Source: a virus
Direction: 5' to 3' (one strand)
DNA: 64,000 nucleotides
Virus record (IMG/VR): IMGVR_UViG_3300009545_000021
Coordinates: 5,949-69,948 of that record
Shown one piece after another: positions 58,017 through 64,000 of this stretch. How positions within the stretch are numbered: position 1 is the stretch's first letter; each line of letters opens with the position of its first letter. A program made the translations under genes and the position numbers. The notes under the pieces were generated by a model. It was not told the origin of the DNA and made no database searches. It saw only the letters and a program-made list of their open reading frames with translations.

Positions 58017-58025
58017 GGAAGCTCC

Positions 58026-59018
58026 TTAGGCCGCGCGTTGTTCGGTGATGATCTCGCAACCCGGCGCCGCGATCCGCGCCTTGGAGGCGGCGAGGGCGTT
58101 GGCCAGGCTCTGGACCACGGCGCGCACTTCCTCGCTCTCGGCGAAGTAGGCGAGCGCCATGGCATAGTCGGTGATCTGGGCGCGGCGGAATTCGCGCATC
58201 GCCACGGTACCGCGCGTGCCGGCCTTGACCGGTTCGGCGGTGACACCTTCTGTCTTGGCAGCGTTCGCCTCGCGCCGCGCCTTCTCGGCGGTCAGAAAGC
58301 CGGCGATCTTGGTCTTGACCAGCTTCTTGGCGGCCTCGGCCTGGTTCGACAGCGGGAAGTACTTTTCGCGCAAGACCTGCAGGGCCCGGTTGTGCGGGCG
58401 CATTTCCTTTTCATAGCGGGCGTCGGCCTCGTTCTGCAGCTCCTGCAGCGACTTGACCAGATCGGCATAGGCGTCGGCCTGAATCTGGTTCTTGGGATCG
58501 GGCAGCGCCCGCGCCGTTTCGGCCTTGGCGGCAATGTCTTCCTTGAGCAGGGTGAATTCGTCCGGCGGCTGGTTGTGGCCGATGGAGGGCACGATTTCGT
58601 CGCTCGGCTTTTCGATCTGCTCGGCCAGTTCGGCGGGCAGCACATTGGTGCTGGCGCTCGGATCGGTCTTGCGTCGCGGTGCCGGCTGGGCGACGGCGGT
58701 CTTGACCACCTCGGCCGTGGCGGCGGCAAAGCCGCTGGCGGGGAGGATGCGCTCGTGCGGCCAGCCCTTGCCGGCCATGACGTCGAGATAGAGCGCATGC
58801 TCGATCGGAAAGCCGGCGACCTGCAAAAACAGGTCGGCGATGTCGTTGGCATCGCCCACGGGCTTGCCGGCCTTCAAGGCGACGGGCTTGCCCTCATGAA
58901 ACCAGATCGCCACCGGATCGAAGCGGCGGGTGCGGTAATAGCCGGTGTGAATGTCGCCTTCATGCGCCTCGGGCCGCTTGCCGGCCAGGGCGTCGAGATA
59001 GAACTGCCATTCGCTCAT
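58026..59018 (-). CDS. recombination-region coiled-coil protein
   Basis: GYYR...PVAIW N-domain, IGHNQPP, long helical C-terminus ending PGCEI. Confidence 0.65.
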   Translation of the reverse strand: MSEWQFYLDALAGKRPEAHEGDIHTGYYRTRRFDPVAIWFHEGKPVALKAGKPVGDANDIADLFLQVAGFPIEHALYLDVMAGKGWPHERILPASGFAAATAEVVKTAVAQPAPRRKTDPSASTNVLPAELAEQIEKPSDEIVPSIGHNQPPDEFTLLKEDIAAKAETARALPDPKNQIQADAYADLVKSLQELQNEADARYEKEMRPHNRALQVLREKYFPLSNQAEAAKKLVKTKIAGFLTAEKARREANAAKTEGVTAEPVKAGTRGTVAMREFRRAQITDYAMALAYFAESEEVRAVVQSLANALAASKARIAAPGCEIITEQRAA

Positions 59019-59269
59019 CGTTTCGCTTTCTGGGTCGGATCGGCGTTGCGGGCCGGGGCCTCGTCATAGAGAGGCGCCAATTCGGGAATGCGGCGCAGGC
59101 GGGCGATCAGGGTGATGACACCGCGCCCGTCCTCGCCATTGGCAAACCGCCATTTGCCGGTGCTGGGCCAGAAGTCGACCCGATGCTCGATCCGGAAATG
59201 ATGGTTGGAGAATTTCAGATAGTCGAAGCCGTTGGCGACCAGATGCGCGATCGGATCAACAGCCCGCAT

Positions 59270-59665
59270 TCAGCGCCCTCCGACGCCGAGCTGCGCCGCG
59301 GTCAGGCGATGCTCGTCATTGGGGTCGCGACGCTTGGCCGGCGCGTCGAATTCGCCGGTCTCGCGAATGAAGTCCTCGATGGCGTTGTATTCGGGGCGCA
59401 GCAGATCCTGCCAAGTGTCCTCGATCACCGAGGCCAGAGCTTCTGGCGCCACGTCGGCGCCGCTGAACTGCTTCAAATCCTTAACCTCGCGCACAAAAAG
59501 AGCGGCGACGATCTCCAGGATTTTGCGATGACGATCACGAATTTCCCTGGCATCTTCGGGCCAGGGCTCGCCGTTCAGTTCGTGGATGCCCGGTTGCAGC
59601 GCGGCCAGCTCGGCCAGGAACACCGAATAGGACACTTTTTGAGCGCTCTTGAAGAGTGAAATCAT
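59270..59665 (-). CDS. hypothetical protein, first gene of the leftward early operon
   Basis: ORF downstream of an AT-rich promoter gap; ends EHRLTAAQLGVG. Confidence 0.55.
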   Translation of the reverse strand: MISLFKSAQKVSYSVFLAELAALQPGIHELNGEPWPEDAREIRDRHRKILEIVAALFVREVKDLKQFSGADVAPEALASVIEDTWQDLLRPEYNAIEDFIRETGEFDAPAKRRDPNDEHRLTAAQLGVGGR

Positions 59666-59890
59666 GAGAGGATTCCGGCTTGAGGGTCGATTGCCAGAGG
59701 ACCCTATGCCAAAAATTCCAGATTTTCAAGAACGAACTTCTCCAAAATATGGATTTGTTGCCGGCAAAAAGTGTGCAACGATACTGGAATGTCGGTTGCC
59801 GAGTACCCGCTTTTTGGCCACGCGCATATCGCGTGATTCGGCAAAGCCGATAAAACGCCCTCGAAAGGTGGGCATAGGGAGATTTTTCAG

Positions 59891-60121
59891 ATGGGCGTGG
59901 AACAGTCGACGGCCAACTACAGCTATAATCGACGGATTGCCCTCAACTTGGCCGCACAGCTGCCCGACAGCCGGCAGGATGCCCTGGAAGTGGTGGAGTT
60001 TTTGCGTCAGCTCATCGGCTTCATCGCGCCGGATCAGCCGGTCTTTCCCGGCAACGCGGAGCGGATTTCCGACAGTTTCGACAATAGCTTGCCGGATAAT
60101 CCGGACTCGTTGCCGAAATAG
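59891..60121 (+). CDS. small protein convergent with and overlapping the repressor gene
   Basis: AGGGAG RBS; RRIALNLAAQLPDSRQDALEVVEFLRQL amphipathic helices. Confidence 0.55.
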   Translation: MGVEQSTANYSYNRRIALNLAAQLPDSRQDALEVVEFLRQLIGFIAPDQPVFPGNAERISDSFDNSLPDNPDSLPK

Positions 60122-60333
60122 ATCCAGTCCAGTGTCAGGCCGGGGATGCGCTGCACCAGATGGATGGCAGCCCATTGCGGCAACGGTTTACCATTTTCAT
60201 AGGCTGACCAGGTGGAATAGCCGATGGCGTATACGGTTGCGAAAGCACCCTGCGTCGGATAGCCGAGCAGGGTGCGCAGGAGCCTCAGACGGGCGCCGAC
60301 CGCGCCGTAATCGAAATTCAGATCCGTTGCCAT
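60034..60333 (-). CDS. CI-like XRE repressor (no peptidase domain)
   Basis: VGARLRLLRTLLGYPTQGAFA...YSTWSAYENG...LTLDWIYFG; divergent from cro-like gene. Confidence 0.85.
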   Translation of the reverse strand: MATDLNFDYGAVGARLRLLRTLLGYPTQGAFATVYAIGYSTWSAYENGKPLPQWAAIHLVQRIPGLTLDWIYFGNESGLSGKLLSKLSEIRSALPGKTG

Positions 60334-60339
60334 GTGCGC

Positions 60340-60412
60340 CATGGTAAAAGCGATTCTCCAATTTGACGATCTAGATTTTTCGGATTTACATTCCAGAAAA
60401 TCTGGATATGGT
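60340..60412. promoter_or_regulatory. lysis/lysogeny switch: divergent promoters and two operators
   Basis: Operators TCTAGATTTTTCGGA (60370-60384) and TCCAGAAAATCTGGA (60392-60406); rightward TTTACA-16-TATGGT; leftward TCGTCA-17-TACCAT. Confidence 0.75.
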
Positions 60413-60418
60413 CGGGCC

Positions 60419-60700
60419 ATGTTCGTTGCGAGTTTGACGCCCCTGTATCGGGTCGATGCGGTGATCGAAGTGCTCGGCGGCAATAATGTCGTCGCCGAAT
60501 TGACCTCGACCCCTCTCCATCCGGTGCGCAACAAGACGGTGTGGTCCTGGCGGGCTCTGAACAGCTTTCCCGCCAAGACCTATGTCGTCCTGTCTTTGGC
60601 TCTCATGCGGGCCGGCTATTGTGCGCCGGTAGCGCTGTGGGGGATGATCGATCCGACCGAAACGGTTCACAGTGGACCAACCTTTCATCCTGCGAGTTGA
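60419..60700 (+). CDS. Cro-like protein
   Basis: VDAVIEVLGGNNVVAEL...TVWSWRALNSFPAK; divergent from repressor. Confidence 0.7.
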   Translation: MFVASLTPLYRVDAVIEVLGGNNVVAELTSTPLHPVRNKTVWSWRALNSFPAKTYVVLSLALMRAGYCAPVALWGMIDPTETVHSGPTFHPAS

Positions 60701-60822
60701 ACGTGCCCGCTTCCCATCGCTCCACCGCCATCGCCCACCACGCCGCCCGATCGACACGCACGGCCTGCACGAGTTCGCTGGCCAGTTCGCCGATCGGGCG
60801 CCAGTTGTCCTGGTGATCCAAG

Positions 60823-61236
60823 ATGTCCTCGACGCAACGCAACGTCCGCAACGCTTACCCTCCGACGTCGCCTATTCTGCCCATCGTCGACAGACAGTTG
60901 GGCGTGACGGCGAGACTGCTGGGCTCCTTGAGGGAGCCTGATGTCGGCGAGGCGCTGCGCGCCTTCCTGCGCAAGCGCCATCCCCACGACACCGCCAAGG
61001 CGGTCGGGCGCCTGACCGGGATCTCACCGCACAGCGTCGACAAATGGCTGAACCGGGCCTCGATCCCCAGCGGCGTGCCGCTGCTGCGGCTGCTCATCGC
61101 CTACGGCCCCTCGCTGGCGGTGGCGCTTTTGCCCAATGGGCCGGAGTGGCTGAAGGAGGCCTATCGCAGCGAGGTCAAGGAACAGCTGCGGGCGGAAATG
61201 GCGGAAATGGCGGCCAAGCTCGAGCAGATGCCGTGA
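60823..61236 (+). CDS. CII-position HTH regulator
   Basis: TAKAVGRLTGISPHSVDKWL...LIAYGP. Confidence 0.7.
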   Translation: MSSTQRNVRNAYPPTSPILPIVDRQLGVTARLLGSLREPDVGEALRAFLRKRHPHDTAKAVGRLTGISPHSVDKWLNRASIPSGVPLLRLLIAYGPSLAVALLPNGPEWLKEAYRSEVKEQLRAEMAEMAAKLEQMP

Positions 61237-61365
61237 ACCGGCTGCAGCTCTGGGGCCTGCGTCTCATCTCCGCCTTCTCGCTCTGGCTGGCCCGGATTCA
61301 CATCCGGGCGGGCCGGACCAACATGCAGATCTCGGACTGGGCCGACAACAAGATAGGAGGCGAGG

Positions 61366-61830
61366 ATGGAAATCGTAGCGATCCTCAAAGAGGCGACGGA
61401 CAAGCTCAACCACCACAGTGAGGGCGTCGCCTTCAACCTCGGCGACCTGCAGCATGCGATCGAGCAGACCGCCAAGCACGCGGCGATGTCGCTGGAGGAG
61501 ATGCGCCAGCTCGCCCTGTCCTCGCGCTCCGCGCTCGGCAAGTCGATCGAGGAAATGCGGGCGGCGTTCGGCGAAGTCTGCGATTCCATGCTGAGCCACG
61601 TCGAGGCCGGCCATGCCGTGCAGATGACGCAGCTCTCCACCGTCGCCAACGTCGTCGACCAGTCGCTGCGCGATCTGACCAGTGCCGCCGAAAAGATCCG
61701 CGGCACTGTGCTCTCCCAGATCTCGACGCCGCTCCCGACCGGGCAGCTGAAAGTGTTTCCGCCGCTGCGCCTGGCCGAAAATCTCGACCAGACGCTCAAC
61801 GACAACCATGATGACACCAAGGTCGCCTGA
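61366..61830 (+). CDS. hypothetical helical protein
   Basis: AGGAGG RBS. Confidence 0.6.
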   Translation: MEIVAILKEATDKLNHHSEGVAFNLGDLQHAIEQTAKHAAMSLEEMRQLALSSRSALGKSIEEMRAAFGEVCDSMLSHVEAGHAVQMTQLSTVANVVDQSLRDLTSAAEKIRGTVLSQISTPLPTGQLKVFPPLRLAENLDQTLNDNHDDTKVA

Positions 61831-61833
61831 GGC

Positions 61834-62112
61834 ATGCGCAATCAAAGGGACGCCATCGCGGTCATGTCCGATCGCGTCGGCTGCACGAAGGAACAGGCCC
61901 GCGAAACGCTGTACCAGCTCGGGCAGGCCCTCAAGGTGACGCTCAATACCGGCGAGCGCGCCTTCATTCCCGGCATCGGCTATTTCAAGATCAAGGTCCG
62001 GCCGGCGCGCCAGTATCGCAAGCCGCTGACCAATGAGCCTATCGCCGTGCCCGAACGCAAAACCGTGACCTTCAAGCCGGCGGCCGATTTCCTGCTGGGC
62101 CTGAAGAAGTGA
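61834..62112 (+). CDS. HU/IHF-family DNA-binding protein
   Basis: IPGIGYFKIKVRPARQYRKPLTNEPIAVPERKTVTFKPA. Confidence 0.9.
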   Translation: MRNQRDAIAVMSDRVGCTKEQARETLYQLGQALKVTLNTGERAFIPGIGYFKIKVRPARQYRKPLTNEPIAVPERKTVTFKPAADFLLGLKK

Positions 62113-62115
62113 GGC

Positions 62116-62445
62116 ATGGTGCGCGATCTCGCCCTGGGGCATCTCAAGCCCGGCTCGATGAACAAGACCGAGGCGGCCTATGCGCAGCGGCTGGAGCTGC
62201 TGCGCCGGGCCGGGAAGATCCTCTGGTACGAGTTCGGCGCCCTGAGCCTGCGCCTGGCGCCGGACACCTTCTATCGACCGGATTTCGCCGTCATGGCCGG
62301 CGACAGCGTTTTGGAGATGCACGAGGTCAAGGGGTTCTGGCGCGAGGATGCCCGCGTCAAGATCAAGGTCGCGGCCGAACTGTTCCCGTTTCGCTTCCTG
62401 GCGGTGCAGCGCGCCGGCTCGGACTGGACGACAGAGGTGTTTTGA
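62116..62445 (+). CDS. PD-(D/E)XK nuclease (DUF1064-like)
   Basis: MNKTEAAY...YRPDF...HEVKGF. Confidence 0.8.
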   Translation: MVRDLALGHLKPGSMNKTEAAYAQRLELLRRAGKILWYEFGALSLRLAPDTFYRPDFAVMAGDSVLEMHEVKGFWREDARVKIKVAAELFPFRFLAVQRAGSDWTTEVF

Positions 62446-62770
62446 TGATGGCGCTGGCGCGTGAGGCGAGGCTTCTGTTCGAACATGGCACCATGCCCGA
62501 CGTGCTGCCGGCCGGCGCGGTTTTGGGCGCGGCGGTGCGGGACCTGGCCAAGCGCGAGGTGATGGCCAAGACCGCCAATGGCGAAGGCCAAGCCTACGCC
62601 TTCCTCGCCTGCCATGTCCGCACCGCCGGGGGCAGCGTGCAAAAACTCCTGGCGCGCGCCCTCAAGGATATCGAGCGCGGCCGGCGTTCAGGAAAACTCA
62701 ACACTCGTCGTCTCTATTTTTCAGAACAGAAGTTGACAGAGGCCCTGGCTTTGGCAAAGGATCAGTCCCT

Positions 62771-63712
62771 ATGGTGAAAAGTGTATTGGTCGATGCCTCA
62801 GGGTTGATCTATCAGGGTTTTCATGCCTCCAAGCGGCAGGAAGATCAGTTTCGCCTACGCTCCGATGGTTTCCCCGTAGCGGCCTTGCGTGACTTTACGC
62901 GACGCATCTGGAATTTCGTATTCGACGGCATTCGCGGCATCCAACTCGATCGCGTCGGCATCGTCTTTGACTATGACGGCCGCACCATCCGCCACGATCT
63001 CTATAGCGGCTACAAGGGTGGCCGGGATGAGCGCCCCGAGGAATTGAAGCAGCAACTTCCGCTCATGCGCGATGTCGTGCGCGCCTTCGGCCTGATCCCG
63101 ATCGAGCTGGCTGGCTATGAGGCCGACGACCTGATTGCCTCCTATGCCAAGCTCCTGCACGAGAACAACGGCGATGAAGTCGTCATCGTCACCTATGACA
63201 AGGATTTCTGCCAGCTGGTGCGCCCCGGCGTCACGCTCTATTCGCCGGCGGTCGGTGATCCTCGCTTTGCCGGCTACCGCCCGGAAAAATGGATGAGCCG
63301 TGACGAGGTGATCGAGAAATTCGGCGTGCCGCCGAGCCAGGTCGTCGATGTCCAGTCGCTGATGGGGGACGCGGCCGACAAGGTGCCGGGCGTGCCGAAG
63401 ATCGGCGAGAAGCTGGCGGCCGAGCTGATCCGCGATTTCGGCTCGGTCGAGAACGTCATCGCCTTCGCCCACACCATCCGCAAGCCGGCGACGCGCAAGG
63501 CGATCGAGGCCCATATCGACGACATCCGCCTGTCGCGCCAGCTCGTCTCGCTGTTCGACGATCTCGACGTGCCGGTGCCGATCGAGGCACTGGCGCTCAA
63601 ACCTCCAGAACCTGAACCTCTCCTCGCCTTTTTTACGCAGATGGAACTTGTTTCGTGGCGCCGTCGTACCTTGGAACATTTCGGTCTCGTCGAGGCAGTC
63701 GAGCATGCCTGA
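62771..63712 (+). CDS. stand-alone 5'-3' exonuclease (Pol I N-terminal/flap endonuclease family)
   Basis: LVDAS, VFD...RHDLYSGYKGGR, YEADDLIAS, DKDFCQL, LMGDAADKVPGVPKIGEK. Confidence 0.92.
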   Translation: MVKSVLVDASGLIYQGFHASKRQEDQFRLRSDGFPVAALRDFTRRIWNFVFDGIRGIQLDRVGIVFDYDGRTIRHDLYSGYKGGRDERPEELKQQLPLMRDVVRAFGLIPIELAGYEADDLIASYAKLLHENNGDEVVIVTYDKDFCQLVRPGVTLYSPAVGDPRFAGYRPEKWMSRDEVIEKFGVPPSQVVDVQSLMGDAADKVPGVPKIGEKLAAELIRDFGSVENVIAFAHTIRKPATRKAIEAHIDDIRLSRQLVSLFDDLDVPVPIEALALKPPEPEPLLAFFTQMELVSWRRRTLEHFGLVEAVEHA

Positions 63713-64000
63713 TGAGCGCCCCGGTCAAATGGCTTCCCGAACAGATCGCTGCCCTGCGCCAGTTCTGGCGCGAGGGCCAGTCGACGGACGAGATTGCCCG
63801 GCGCCTGGGCACGTTCACCGCCAAGGCCGTGTCGCTGAAGGCGCATGGCCTGGGCCTGCCGCGCCGCGCCGAACCGGGACCGCCGGCGGTCAAGCGCTCT
63901 GCCGGCATCACCTTGCCGGCGATCCGCGGCTCCTCGAAGGAGGAGCGGTTTTTGTCCGTGCCCCTGCTCTGGGGCCCGGCCCGGGAAAACTGCAGTCTGA
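63712..64000 (+). CDS. GcrA-like HTH protein (truncated by window end)
   Basis: TGATG coupling; WLPEQIAALRQFWREGQSTDEIARRLGTFTAKAVSLKAHGLGL. Confidence 0.75.
   Translation, partial: MSAPVKWLPEQIAALRQFWREGQSTDEIARRLGTFTAKAVSLKAHGLGLPRRAEPGPPAVKRSAGITLPAIRGSSKEERFLSVPLLWGPARENCSL

Larger units (their letters stand above)
1..64000. mobile_element. Temperate tailed phage (podovirus-like), alphaproteobacterial host, non-integrated form; genome runs off both window ends
   Basis: Terminase, portal, capsid, nozzle, ejection proteins, lysis, integrase and repressor modules; no tape-measure, tail tube or sheath genes recognised; no host housekeeping genes; intact attP. Confidence 0.95.

Overview
This 64 kb window is most of the genome of a temperate, podovirus-like tailed phage of an alphaproteobacterial host (GC-rich; GcrA-like and HU-like genes; attP matching the 3' part of tRNA-Pro(GGG)). 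Because attP is intact with phage genes on both sides, the sequence is the excised or virion form. Order: HNH gene and an atypical CUA-anticodon tRNA; a 7 kb leftward operon of small hypothetical genes; TerS; 6.5 kb of accessory genes; TerL, portal, GroES-like co-chaperonin, scaffold, capsid, a GH26 virion protein, adaptors, fibres, nozzle and two giant ejection proteins; lysis cassette; attP/int/xis; RecT-like recombination genes; repressor/cro switch; HU, nuclease, 5'-3' exonuclease, GcrA-like. Best candidates for new biology: (1) a promoter-driven tandem array of three Y RNA (YrlA)-like RNAs at 13.47-13.84 kb, two carrying circularly permuted tRNA modules, followed by a stand-alone vWA gene with no Ro60/TROVE gene in the window; (2) a recurring x-x-x-GG-x-V/I diglycine motif in basic head-module proteins and at domain borders of a 1447-aa ejection polyprotein, suggesting a virion maturation or targeting code; (3) a 15-bp operator shared by the lysis/lysogeny switch, the odd tRNA and the vWA gene. 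All family assignments are by eye from motifs; no searches were run.
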